A DNA stretch of 64,000 bases, taken from assembly GCA_963829055.1 (NCBI GenBank), contig CAWHHI010000008.1:32001-96000 (forward strand). The letters are read 5' to 3'. The notes under the pieces are model-generated. The model worked only from the letters and a program-made list of their open reading frames with translations. It had not been told where the DNA came from and made no database searches. The translations under genes were made by a program, and so were the position numbers. Every line of letters begins with the position of its first letter. Within the stretch, counting starts at the first letter, position 1. This stretch comes from an uncultured Gemmatimonadaceae bacterium (GTDB lineage: Bacteria > Gemmatimonadota > Gemmatimonadetes > Gemmatimonadales > Gemmatimonadaceae). Shown here one piece after another: positions 18,255-28,192 of the stretch.

Positions 18255-19637
18255 ATGACTCCACCTCAGCGAAAGGAAGAACGCCCTGTCGCGGCGCTGA
18301 TCGCGCCGGACATTCTGGCGCTGCTGGAGGAGTCTCCGGCGGATGTCGCCGCGGAGACCGAGGAGATGCACGCGGCCGATCTCGCGGACGTCGCCGAAGC
18401 GCTCCCGATCGAGCAGGTGAGGATCCTGCTTCGCGTCCTGCCCGCCGCGCGCGCGGCCGACGTGCTCGAGTACCTCGACGAAGAGCTCAGGTCCGAGCTG
18501 CTCGAGGAGATGTCCGCGGCGCAGGCCGCGAAGCTCGTCTCCGAGATGACGCCGGACGATCGCGCCGACGTCCTCGAGGAGATGGAGGAAGACCGCGCCG
18601 AAGCGATTCTCGCGGAAATCCCCGCCGAGGCGCGGCGCGAAACAGAAAAGCTGCTCACGTACGCTCCGGATTCGGCCGGTGGCATCATGACCACCGAGTT
18701 CGTGCAGGTGCCGGAGACGATCACGGTGGAAGAGGCGCTCGCCAGCGTGCGACGCATCGCACGCGCGGGGCGCCGCGAGGCGATGCACAACATCTACGTG
18801 ACCGACGCGCAGGGGATCCTGCGCGGCGTGCTCTCACTGCGCGAGATGCTCGCCGCAGCCGAGGGTACCCGCGTGGCGGACGTCGCGTGGGAAGAGGTGG
18901 TCAGCGTTCCCGCCACGACCGATCGCGCGGAAGTGGCGCGGGCAGTATCGGAATACGATCTCGTCGCCGTGCCGGTGGTCGATGACGGCGGACGCGTCAT
19001 CGGCGTGGTGACGGTCGACGACGTCATCGACGCGATCGTCGAAGAGCAGACGGAAGACGTGCAGAAGCTCGGCGCCGTCCAGCCGCTCGAGGAGCCCTAC
19101 TTCCAGGCGGGCTTCTGGTCCATCGCGCGCAAACGCGGCGGGTGGCTCACGCTGCTGTTCATCGAGGAGATGTTCACGGGGACGGCGCTGCGTCACTACG
19201 AAGCGACGCTCGCGAGCGCGATCGCGCTGACGTTCTTCATCCCGCTCATCATCAGCTCGGGCGGTAACTCGGGCTCGCAGTCGGCGACGCTCATCACGCG
19301 TGCGCTCGCGGTCGGTGACGTGGACATGCGCGACGCGATGCGCGTGTTTCTCCGCGAGCTCGGGCAGGGCCTCGTGCTCGGCGCGTTCCTCGGCGCGATC
19401 GGGTTCGGACGCGCGCTCATGTGGGGGAACGGCACCGAGGTCGCGACGGTGGTGGCGCTCACGCTGCTGTTCGTCGTGATCACGGGCACGATCGTGGGGG
19501 CGATGCTGCCGATGGCCTTCACGAAGCTCGGGTTTGATCCGGCGATCGCGTCATCGCCGTTCGTCGCGTCACTGGTCGACGTGGCGGGGATCATCATCTA
19601 CTTCAACATCGCCATCCATCTACTCGGCCTGAAGTAG
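18255..19637 (+). CDS. mgtE: Magnesium transporter MgtE
   Basis: N-domain, SAGGIMTTEF, CBS pair, FIPLIISSGGNSGSQS, DPAIASSPFVASLVD. Confidence 0.96.
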   Translation: MTPPQRKEERPVAALIAPDILALLEESPADVAAETEEMHAADLADVAEALPIEQVRILLRVLPAARAADVLEYLDEELRSELLEEMSAAQAAKLVSEMTPDDRADVLEEMEEDRAEAILAEIPAEARRETEKLLTYAPDSAGGIMTTEFVQVPETITVEEALASVRRIARAGRREAMHNIYVTDAQGILRGVLSLREMLAAAEGTRVADVAWEEVVSVPATTDRAEVARAVSEYDLVAVPVVDDGGRVIGVVTVDDVIDAIVEEQTEDVQKLGAVQPLEEPYFQAGFWSIARKRGGWLTLLFIEEMFTGTALRHYEATLASAIALTFFIPLIISSGGNSGSQSATLITRALAVGDVDMRDAMRVFLRELGQGLVLGAFLGAIGFGRALMWGNGTEVATVVALTLLFVVITGTIVGAMLPMAFTKLGFDPAIASSPFVASLVDVAGIIIYFNIAIHLLGLK

Positions 19638-19658
19638 TCGCTTGCTGGACGCTGCTGT

Positions 19659-19735
19659 TGCCGACGGCTGCATGCTGCGGCCGCACGCTGCGCGCTGCAG
19701 CCATTACCCCCGGTGACCCACGCGCTGCTCGCTGC
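19659..19735 (+). repeat. Solo copy of the four-helix-bundle flanking repeat
   Basis: TGCCGACGGCTGCATGCTGCGGCCGCACGCTGCGCGCTGC..CCCACGCGCTGCTCGCTGC, intergenic between convergent genes. Confidence 0.9.
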
Positions 19736-19816
19736 ATGCAGCCGCACGCAGCGTCACCCAGCATACCAGCACGACCGACCCAGCCACCAGCCGCAGTTCC
19801 CCGTTCCCGGTTCCCG

Positions 19817-21745
19817 TTAGACCGCCGCCGGCTGACGAGCAACAGGCAGCTCGACGGTGTCAGCGTCGATCGGATCCTCGGGCACGAGTCCGACGCTGCC
19901 CTGCTCGAGCCACGCGTGCTCCCCGCGCAGCACCTGCATCGCGACTTTGTAGAGCGCCGGATCAGAAGGTCCGAACAGCGCGCGGAAGTTCGCGCGAATT
20001 CTCTGGCGGGCTTCGATGCAGAATGCGTCCGCGAGCGTCACCGCTTCCGGCCGTCCCTGCTTCGCGAGCATCTGCGCCCGCGAGCATGCCGCGGCCATCG
20101 CGTACAGCTCGGCGCCAATGTCGACCGCGCGAAACAGCACCATCTGCCGGCGCTCGAGCTTGGGCCCGAACCGCACCATGGCGTGGAAGAGCGAGCGTCC
20201 GAGCTTGTTCGTCGCGCGATCCGCAAAGCGCAGGTGTGACGCGAGCTTCCCGAATTCCGCGTACGGTCGCGGCCGCGCTCGCGCGAGCCAGCGCGCCGGG
20301 TACCACGTCGCGTAGAACGGCGCGGACTTGGACAGCGCGGCGAGACGCTGCTTCATCGATGACTCCGGCGCGACGATCGGGAACGCGAGCTTGAAGTGGT
20401 GATCGACCGCCTCGCGCGCGATGAAGAGACGCATGATCTCCGAGGATCCTTCGAAGATCAGGTTGATGCGGAAGTCCCGCATCGCGCGCTCGACCGGAAT
20501 CGGCTTCTCGCCGCGTTGCTCGAGTGACTGCGCCGTCTCGTAGCCGCGCCCGCCGCGGATCTGGAGCGTGTCGTCCACGATCCGCCAACCGGCCTCGGTG
20601 TTGTAGAGCTTCGCGATCGCCGCTTCGAGCCTGATGTCGTAGCCGCCCTGCTCATAGAGCGCGGTGGACAGCTCGGCTACCGCTTCCATGGCGAACGTGT
20701 TCGCGGCCATGCGGGCGATCTTCTGCGCGATCGCTTCGTGTTTCCCGATCGGCTGGCCCCATTGCACGCGCTCGTTCGCCCACTCGCGCGCGACGCGAAG
20801 CAGCGCCTTGCCCATGCCTGCGCACCCGGCGGGAATCGTTAGGCGCCCCGTGTTCAGCGTCACGAGCGCGAGCTTGAGGCCCTTCCCCTCACCCCACAGG
20901 ATGTTCTCGCGCGGCACGCGCACGTTGTTGAACCGGATGACGCCGTTCTCTATCGCCTTGAGGCCCATGAAGCGGCAGCGATGGACGATCTCGACGCCCG
21001 GAAACGACCGCTCGACGATGAACGCGGTGATCTGTTTTCGCGTCTTGCCTGTGGCATCGACGACATCGGGAGTGCGGGCCATGACCACATACAGATCGGC
21101 GCGCGTCCCGTTCGTGCACCACAGCTTCTGCCCGTTGAGGATGAAGTGCTTCCCATCCTCCGTCGGCGTCGCGGTCGTCGACATGTTGGCCGGATCAGAT
21201 CCGGCGTCGACTTCGGTGAGCGCGAACGCCGAGATCGCGCCCTTCGCGAGACGCGGGAAATACTTCCGCTTCTGCTCTTCGGTGCCGAACAGCTTGAGGG
21301 GCTGCGGCACGCCGATGGATTGGCTCGCGGAGAGCAAGGCGACGAGTGACCCGTCGCGCGATGTGACCATCTCCATCGCTCTGACGTACGATAGCTGTGA
21401 AAGCCCGAGCCCTCCGTATTCCTTCGGGATCTTGATCCCGAACGCGCCCATGTCGCGCAGCTCCTGGACGTACGACTCGGGGATCTCGCCCGTGCGGTCG
21501 ACCTCTTCGGACGGAAAGCGCTCGAGGAACGCGCGCAGACGATCGAAGAACGGCTTCGCCCGCGCCGCTTCCGCGGGATCGTCCACGGCGGGGTGCGGAT
21601 GAATCAGATCGAGCCGGAAGCGTCCGAGGAACAGCTCACGGGCGAAGCTCGGGTGCTCCCACTCGGTTTCGCGAGCCGATTCAGCGACGTCCCGCGCTTC
21701 CTTCTCGGAAGCAATGTGCGACGTGTCGGTCATGTCCGCGCTCAC
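19817..21745 (-). CDS. Acyl-CoA dehydrogenase (ACAD9/FadE-like)
   Basis: FALTEVDAGSD, LNGQKLWCTNG, R.QWGQPIGKHEAI, QIRGGRGY, RINLIFEGSSEI. Confidence 0.95.
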   Translation of the reverse strand: MSADMTDTSHIASEKEARDVAESARETEWEHPSFARELFLGRFRLDLIHPHPAVDDPAEAARAKPFFDRLRAFLERFPSEEVDRTGEIPESYVQELRDMGAFGIKIPKEYGGLGLSQLSYVRAMEMVTSRDGSLVALLSASQSIGVPQPLKLFGTEEQKRKYFPRLAKGAISAFALTEVDAGSDPANMSTTATPTEDGKHFILNGQKLWCTNGTRADLYVVMARTPDVVDATGKTRKQITAFIVERSFPGVEIVHRCRFMGLKAIENGVIRFNNVRVPRENILWGEGKGLKLALVTLNTGRLTIPAGCAGMGKALLRVAREWANERVQWGQPIGKHEAIAQKIARMAANTFAMEAVAELSTALYEQGGYDIRLEAAIAKLYNTEAGWRIVDDTLQIRGGRGYETAQSLEQRGEKPIPVERAMRDFRINLIFEGSSEIMRLFIAREAVDHHFKLAFPIVAPESSMKQRLAALSKSAPFYATWYPARWLARARPRPYAEFGKLASHLRFADRATNKLGRSLFHAMVRFGPKLERRQMVLFRAVDIGAELYAMAAACSRAQMLAKQGRPEAVTLADAFCIEARQRIRANFRALFGPSDPALYKVAMQVLRGEHAWLEQGSVGLVPEDPIDADTVELPVARQPAAV

Positions 21746-21754
21746 ACGGGTTCG

Positions 21755-22552
21755 TCACATGGGTTCGTGACGCTCCCGCGGGATTTTCAGTGCACGATGA
21801 CTGCCACGTCGCAGCGCACCCCGACGATCGGCTCGGATGGCGAAGGCCGCTCCGACGACTCCGATCAGCGCGAACGCGAACCACTGGAACGCGTACCCCA
21901 GGTGCGGCCCCTCATCCAGGGTCGGGAGCGGAAGGCGCGCGGGCGTCGCGGCGGGCGGCGTGGCCGACGCAGGCTCTGCCGGCACGGCGGCCGCCGCCGA
22001 AGTCTCGGTCTCCACGAGCAGGAACGGCGCGAGGGGGTACGGGAGGCGCCTGGTGAGCGAATCGAACGCGAGGTGCCGCACGACACGCGCGTTCGTCGCC
22101 GCGCTCACCGGACCGCGCGCGGTTGGCTCGATGGCTACGAGATAGCCGGTCACGGTCGTATCGGCTGGCTCCTTCCACCGCGCGAAGTCCGCAGTCATCG
22201 CGTCCGGCGCGTACACCCAACCCCGATTCACGAGTACGACGGTGTCGGTGCCGGCGAGGTGCATCGGCGTCACGAGATTCACCCCGGGCGAACCCTGCCG
22301 CGTACGCGATGCGAGTGAGAACTCGTTCGCGAAGTCGAACGTACCGGACGCAGTCGCGCGGCGGAAACCGGCGGTCGCCGAATCACGCACGACGTCTCTC
22401 ACGGGCCGCGGCTCTGAGGACAGCCGGTCGAGTAGCATCGCATTGAGCGCACGCCGTTCATGCAGCCGGTGCAGCTGCCAGAAGCCGAGGCGCACGCACC
22501 CCGCGGACACCACGAGGGCGAACAACAGGAACGCGAGTGCTCGGCGACTCAC
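21755..22552 (-). CDS. SURF1 family cytochrome oxidase biogenesis protein
   Basis: LGFWQLHR, VLVNRGWV, HLGYAFQWF. Confidence 0.92.
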   Translation of the reverse strand: MSRRALAFLLFALVVSAGCVRLGFWQLHRLHERRALNAMLLDRLSSEPRPVRDVVRDSATAGFRRATASGTFDFANEFSLASRTRQGSPGVNLVTPMHLAGTDTVVLVNRGWVYAPDAMTADFARWKEPADTTVTGYLVAIEPTARGPVSAATNARVVRHLAFDSLTRRLPYPLAPFLLVETETSAAAAVPAEPASATPPAATPARLPLPTLDEGPHLGYAFQWFAFALIGVVGAAFAIRADRRGALRRGSHRALKIPRERHEPM

Positions 22553-22787
22553 GAGTGTGCGGAGCGAAGGGTGTGGGTCACCCTGGAAAGCTAATCGCGA
22601 CGTTCGGCGTCATCGCCGAGCCGTCGAGGATGCTCGGCCATTCGATTCCGACGGAAGCCGCGGCCGCCGTCCCAATGTTCGGAACGCCGGTGACCCGTTA
22701 GGCGCGGATGATCCGCCGCTCTGGTTGTAGCCTGGCGTGTTCGTTCCATGGCGGGCCAATCCCGGATCGTGTCAGCACGGCGCGTCG

Positions 22788-23597
22788 CTAGAACAGCGAC
22801 ATCTGCTCGCCCAACTGGTCGGGCTCGACGGGCCGCTGATGCAGCAGGCGCTGAAGCTCCCGCGCCGACGCCGGACTGTGACCGGCAAAATGGTTGTTCA
22901 CGTAGCCGTAGACCGTCTTCACACGGTTCGCCAGCGCGGCGATCACTGCCGCCCACGACTCGAGCTCTCTTCCCCGGTCGACCTGGATACGCGAGTAGTC
23001 CACGAGGTCCCGGTTCGGCCCCATCCATCTGATGTAGGCGACATCAGAAGTCGGGCGTGACGCGAGCGTCATCATGGTCTTCCGCGGAATCCACCGCGCG
23101 TCGACGAACGCCACCGCCACGTTATGCTCGGCCAGGAGCGCGATGATGCCGTCGTGAATCCACCCGCGTTGCCGAAACTCCACCGCGACGCGCACATCCC
23201 GTGGGATCATCGGCAGGAAACCCGCGAGCGCTGGCAGCTCTGACGGCGCGAAGTCCGGGCCGAGCTGCATCAGGATCGGCCCGAGCTTCGGCCCAAGCTC
23301 ACGCGCGCGATCGAAGAACAGCGCCGCCAGGTCGGCCGAGTCGCGCAGGCGGTTCTCGTGCGTGATCTCCTGCGGCATCTTGAGCGCGAATGAGAACTCG
23401 GGCGGCGTGCGCTCCGCCCATCCTCGCACCGTCTTCGCGGCGGGGATCGCGTAGAACGTCGAGTCCACCTCGACGGTCGTGAACGCCCGCGAATACACGG
23501 CGAGAAAATCCGCTGGCCGAGTGCCCGAGGGATAGAACGGGCCGACCCACGCTTCGTAGTTCCACCCTTGGGTGCCAATGCGGATGTCGTTGCTCAT
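22788..23597 (-). CDS. DUF72 family protein
   Basis: IGTQGWNY..W.GPFYP, TVEVDSTFY, F.FALKMPQEITH, VEFR, YVNNH. Confidence 0.92.
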   Translation of the reverse strand: MSNDIRIGTQGWNYEAWVGPFYPSGTRPADFLAVYSRAFTTVEVDSTFYAIPAAKTVRGWAERTPPEFSFALKMPQEITHENRLRDSADLAALFFDRARELGPKLGPILMQLGPDFAPSELPALAGFLPMIPRDVRVAVEFRQRGWIHDGIIALLAEHNVAVAFVDARWIPRKTMMTLASRPTSDVAYIRWMGPNRDLVDYSRIQVDRGRELESWAAVIAALANRVKTVYGYVNNHFAGHSPASARELQRLLHQRPVEPDQLGEQMSLF

Positions 23598-23641
23598 CGC
23601 GACAGAATCGATGCCGTGAATCAGTGATGTCAAGTTGAGGT

Positions 23642-23656
23642 CGGTCCCGATCTTGC
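23642..23656 (+). promoter_or_regulatory. Sigma54-like -24/-12 element
   Basis: CGGTCC-CGATC-TTGC upstream of the glycine-zipper gene. Confidence 0.4.
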
Positions 23657-23702
23657 TTTCGTGTGCGTCGTCACAATTGATCACGCATGCTGGAGGCATA
23701 CC

Positions 23703-24653
23703 ATGGATGAAATGGATCGCAGGCCCGTGGGTGAAGATCCCACGCTCATGGGAAATGATGTCCCTCGCGACGAGACGGCGAACGATCGCGATGTCACCGC
23801 GCGACCCGTCCGGGATGACGACAATCCAACGACCGCTGATTACGTCGGCGAAGCGGCTGGCGGAGTTTCCGGCGGCCTTGCTGGCGCGGCGATCGGATCC
23901 ATCGGTGGTCCGGTCGGCACGTTGATCGGCGGACTCGCTGGCGTCATCGGCGGCTGGTGGGCAGGACGTTCGATTGCCGAGGCTGCCAAGGATTATGGCG
24001 ACGAGGACGATCGTCGTTATCGCACGCATTACGAGACGGGCTCGCGCGGCGCGGATCGCTCGTACGATGACGTGCGTCCCGCGTACCAGCTCGGACATCT
24101 CGCCAGCCGCAACCCCGACTACCGCGGCCGTGACTTCGATGCGATCGAACCCGATCTGCGCCGCGGCTGGTCCGACGACGTCAGCACGCGTCATGGTGAT
24201 TGGTCATCCGTCCGCAACTACGCGAGAGAAGCGTACACGCACGGCAGCTCGACGCTCGCAGCGACGTCCGCCGGCTCGATCGACAGCAGCGTGCGCACGA
24301 GCGATCGGCTCGACGACATGGGCAACCGCTCGGCGAATGCCGCCGATCGCGTCGCCACTGGTCTCGAGGCCGGCGTAGACAACATCAAGGACAGAATCGA
24401 CGGCAATCCCGCGTCGAAGCCCGGCCTCGATCCGACCGATGCACGCGCGGGTGGACGCAATTTCGCAGAGCGCACGGCCGATGGCGTTCGCAGTACTACA
24501 GACGATCGCCTGGCAGACACGGGCTCCGGCGTTGGTGACGCAGCGCGCCGCGGCGCCAACAAGGTCGTGGACGCGGTCGACAACGTGAAGGACCGCATTG
24601 ACGGCAACCCGGCGTCCAAGCCGGGCCCTGATCCGACCGACAAGCGGTTCTAG
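23703..24653 (+). CDS. Glycine-zipper-containing hydrophilic (stress-type) protein with duplicated C-terminal motif
   Basis: GGAGG RBS; GGLAGAAIGSIGGPVGTLIGG; YDDVRPAYQLG; VDN(I/V)KDRIDGNPASKPG(L/P)DPTD twice. Confidence 0.8.
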   Translation: MDEMDRRPVGEDPTLMGNDVPRDETANDRDVTARPVRDDDNPTTADYVGEAAGGVSGGLAGAAIGSIGGPVGTLIGGLAGVIGGWWAGRSIAEAAKDYGDEDDRRYRTHYETGSRGADRSYDDVRPAYQLGHLASRNPDYRGRDFDAIEPDLRRGWSDDVSTRHGDWSSVRNYAREAYTHGSSTLAATSAGSIDSSVRTSDRLDDMGNRSANAADRVATGLEAGVDNIKDRIDGNPASKPGLDPTDARAGGRNFAERTADGVRSTTDDRLADTGSGVGDAARRGANKVVDAVDNVKDRIDGNPASKPGPDPTDKRF

Positions 24654-24659
24654 GGGTAG

Positions 24660-24795
24660 CGTCATTCCGAGCGGAGCCGCGAAGCGGCGGAGTCGAGGAA
24701 TCGCGATCATACGGGTAGAGGGGCCCTCTATCGGGACGATCGCGATTCCTCGACTCACTTCGTTCGCTCGGAATGACAACCCGCTCGGCATGACG
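24660..24795. repeat. CGTC-type REP-like nested palindromic element
   Basis: Outer GTCATTCCGAGCG/CGCTCGGAATGAC, inner 19-bp GAGTCGAGGAATCGCGATC/GATCGCGATTCCTCGACTC, extra degenerate arm CGCTCGGCATGACG. Confidence 0.85.
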
Positions 24796-24800
24796 CGCGC

Positions 24801-26299
24801 CTAACGATACGTCTCGAAGAACCCCGCCCCCTCCCCTACGATCGGCGCCCCGCCCGCTCGGCCACTCAGGCGCGCCGTCCCCTTCATCTGAATGAAGTAC
24901 GGCCGCGCGAGAGCCCGCGCCGTCATCGTCTCTCCGCGTTCGGCCTGCGGCTGGCGCGTATCGGTCGCCACCGCGTCCTCGATCGTCAGCTCGACGCGCA
25001 GCGTGTCGTTGCCACGCACATCCGCGAACACCGCGCGAGACGGCACGCGCAGCAGCGCCCCACCAGTCACTCGAAGGGTGCGGCCGTCCGTGTAGTCGAC
25101 GCGCTTCGGGCGAAACAGCGTGCGGAAGCCTAACGAATCGACGAGATAGAAGAACAGCGGGACCTCACCCATCACGCTGTCGGGCTGCTGGACGCGGCCG
25201 TAAAGGAACGTGTAGGAGCCAGCGCGCGCCGCGCCCCACTCCCACGTGACCCCACGCCAGACTCCCCAGTTGTGATCGTGATAGGCCTGCGCGCCGTCGT
25301 AGTGCTCGCAGCGGTCGCTGACACAGATCGTGCCGGTCGCGGCGGCACGTAGTCCGGCCACGGCGTACCCCGACACGAACGTTCCGGTGCCGAGCGAGGC
25401 GCCAGGAAAGTAGGCACCTGGTGCGGGCGTGACCGTGAGATCGACGCTCGCGGGGCCGGCACCGCCATCGCCCTGCGCGAGCGCGTGGACGAGATAGCGC
25501 CCCGTGGAATCCACCGTGACCGTTCCCGTGCCGACGCGCAGATCGGCCTTCGACGTGGAGAACGCGATGGCGCTCGACGGGAAATGCGGCGGTGAAGCGG
25601 CGCGCTGGCTTCCCCTCCTCGTGCAGCGTGAGCAGCACCTGACCTCCCCACTCGCCGTCCGGTACGGCGCCGCCAACGATGAACGAGAGGAATGCCCACC
25701 GCTTCCGATCGCTGGAGAGCACGTTGAAGTAGTGCCACTCCGCCCAACTATCGCGATTCTCGAGATCCCGCGCCGGAAGGTGGAAGTGGTCGATGTCCGC
25801 GCGCAGTTCGGCGGTCGTCGGGCGCGCGCCACCGGCGGTCGAAGTCATCATCATCCCACTGGCCGCCGCCTAACGGCGGCACCGCGCCGACGATCGACGA
25901 CTGCGACGGCAGCTCGCCGGTCGCACGCACAGGCCGCTCAGTGCCGTCCGCCGTGCGCAGATAGATCACCTTGTCCACGATCTGCGGAGCGACGGCACGC
26001 ATCTGCGACGCGTTCCGCGGGCTGGACAGCAGTTGCAGGTCGAGGAAGCGCGCGTTGCTGATCGAGAAGAACAGTCCACCGACGCCCCCGGTCTTCATGA
26101 CCTCGACGTCGATACCCTCCGGAAGCACCGTGACGTCGCCGCCGCCAACGAGACGTTCGTCGCGCGCCTGCGTGAGCAGTGCCTCGCCGATCGCGAGCAG
26201 GACGATCATCACGCCGACGCCCAGCCCGAACCCGCCGAGCAGGAGCGCCGATCGCCACGGGCGCAGTGTGAGGTTGCGACGAGCGAGGATGCCGATCAT
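24801..26299 (-). CDS. MacB/FtsX permease N-half fused to AttH/CrtC lipocalin-like domain (frameshifted in this sequence)
   Basis: RNL..RPWRSALLLGGFGLGVGVMIVLLAIG (TM1); later frames give WAEWHYFN and AYHDHNWG..WEWG. Confidence 0.72.
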
Positions 26300-27006
26300 G
26301 CGCGCCGCAGCAGTGGTTCGTCCCGAACGACGCGTCCGTCGAGCATATGCACGACGCGCCGCGCGGCCCCAGCCAGCTTCTCGTCATGAGTCACGACAAC
26401 GATCGTCATGCCGTCGCGATTGAGGCGGTCGAATAGCGCGATGACGTCCGCACCGGTACGCGCATCGAGCTCACCGGTGGGCTCGTCCGCGAGGAGCACG
26501 GTCGGCCGATTCGCGAGCGCCCGCGCGATCGCCACACGCTGTTGCTCGCCGCCCGATAGCTCCGACGGGCGATGCCCCGCCCGCTCGGCGAGCCCGACGT
26601 AGCCTAACAATTCCGTCGACCGCTGCTGCCGCTCGGCCGCCGCGACCTTCGCCTCAGCCATGGGCAGCTCGATGTTCTCGCGAGCGCTGAGCACCGGCAG
26701 CAGATAAAATCGCTGGAACACAAACCCAATGTGCGTCAATCGAAACCGCGTCGCCTCGCGATCCGGGAGTGAGCTGACGGCCGTCCCGCCGATTTCTACC
26801 GTCCCCGTTGTCGGCCGATCGATCGCGCCAAGGAGGTTCAGCAGCGTCGACTTGCCGCACCCGGACGGACCGACGATCGCCACGTACTCGCCGCGCGTGA
26901 CGTCGAGCGACACGCCGCGAACGGCGTGCACGGCGGAGCCGGACAGCGGGTAGTCGCGGTGAACGTCACGCGTCGACAGGACGAGCTGGCCGTTCTGGCC
27001 GTTCAT
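26296..27006 (-). CDS. ABC transporter ATP-binding protein (LolD/MacB type)
   Basis: [43 protein letters not shown]. Confidence 0.96.
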   Translation of the reverse strand: MNGQNGQLVLSTRDVHRDYPLSGSAVHAVRGVSLDVTRGEYVAIVGPSGCGKSTLLNLLGAIDRPTTGTVEIGGTAVSSLPDREATRFRLTHIGFVFQRFYLLPVLSARENIELPMAEAKVAAAERQQRSTELLGYVGLAERAGHRPSELSGGEQQRVAIARALANRPTVLLADEPTGELDARTGADVIALFDRLNRDGMTIVVVTHDEKLAGAARRVVHMLDGRVVRDEPLLRRA

Positions 27007-28192
27007 CCGACGGCCTCCTCGCGTAACGTGGCCGAGATCGGAAGCGATGCCGCGCGCCACGATGGGTAAATGCCCGCGATGATCCCCGACGCGACCAGCA
27101 GACCTAACGCGCGGAACGCGGCACTCGGCTGGAACAGAAAGAAGTCGATCGCGTCCGGCAGCCCCGGGAACCCACGCAGAATCGAGTTCAGATATCGCGC
27201 CGTCACGATCCCGAGCAGCAGACCCGCGACCGCTCCCGTCAGGCTGAGCGCGACGCCCTCGATGGTGATCTGCTGCACGATGTGCCAGCGCGAAACGCCA
27301 ATGGCACGCATGACCGCGATCTCCCCGACGCGTTCGTTCACACTGACGGTGATGATGGTGGAGACGAGTAGAAACCCGACGATCAGGCTCACCGCGCCGA
27401 GGATGAACGCGAGCTGACGGAAGTAGCTGAGCCGACGCTCCGCCTCCGCGATCGCGCCGGCCGTCGACAACGCGGTGACCCGAGGCAGCGCGCGCTCGAT
27501 AGCGGCGCGTGCGACTTCCGGGTCCACGTTAGGTGCCGTGCGCACCATGAACAGCGACACGCGATCCGCTCGTTGCCCGCCGACCATTGCCTGAACGGTT
27601 GCGAGACGCAGGGCCACGGCTCGATCCTCGGCGCTGAGATAGGTGAAACGCGCGCGTCCGGAGATCACGAGCCGCTGCCTCCCCTGATACGTGCGCAGCT
27701 GCGGGTCGAACCCGACGGCGATGTCCAGCGTGTCGCCAACGTGCGCCCTTGGCAGCACGAAGGAAGGCGTCGCTGACGACGATCGTGTTCGGCGCGGTCG
27801 GCTCCGCGCCTTCGAGAAGCTGGTAGTCGCCCTGGACCGCCGGATCGATTCCGAGCGCGAATGCCGTGACCGGCTCACCCCTGCCTAACACGTGAATCGT
27901 CGCGCCGAGTACTGGCGCAACCGCTGTGACGCCCGCGACGCGCTGGATGGCCGCGGTCGCCTCGGCTCGCCTGCCCGATCGTCGCCTCGCTGTCGAACGG
28001 GAGCGTTCCGCGTGGCGACACGCGGATGGTGAACCCGTTGCTCCCGAGCAGGCTCGCGAACGACTGGCGCATTCCCGTCGCCAGCATCACCATGTCGAGC
28101 AGCATCGCCGCGGAGACAGCGACGCCGAGCGTCGCGAGCAACGTGCGGCTGACGTGACGTCGGAGAGTGCGGCCCGCGAGCTGAAATCGCAT
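27003..28192 (-). CDS. ABC permease, MacB_PCD + FtsX (frameshifted)
   Basis: RTLLATLGVAVSAAML; SVNERVGEIAVMRAIG; GIYPSWRAASL..LREE. Confidence 0.88.

Noticed and set aside
22788..24194. 468-aa extended DUF72 ORF
   Set aside because: The extension is the antisense shadow of the glycine-zipper gene; the family N-terminus begins at 23597.
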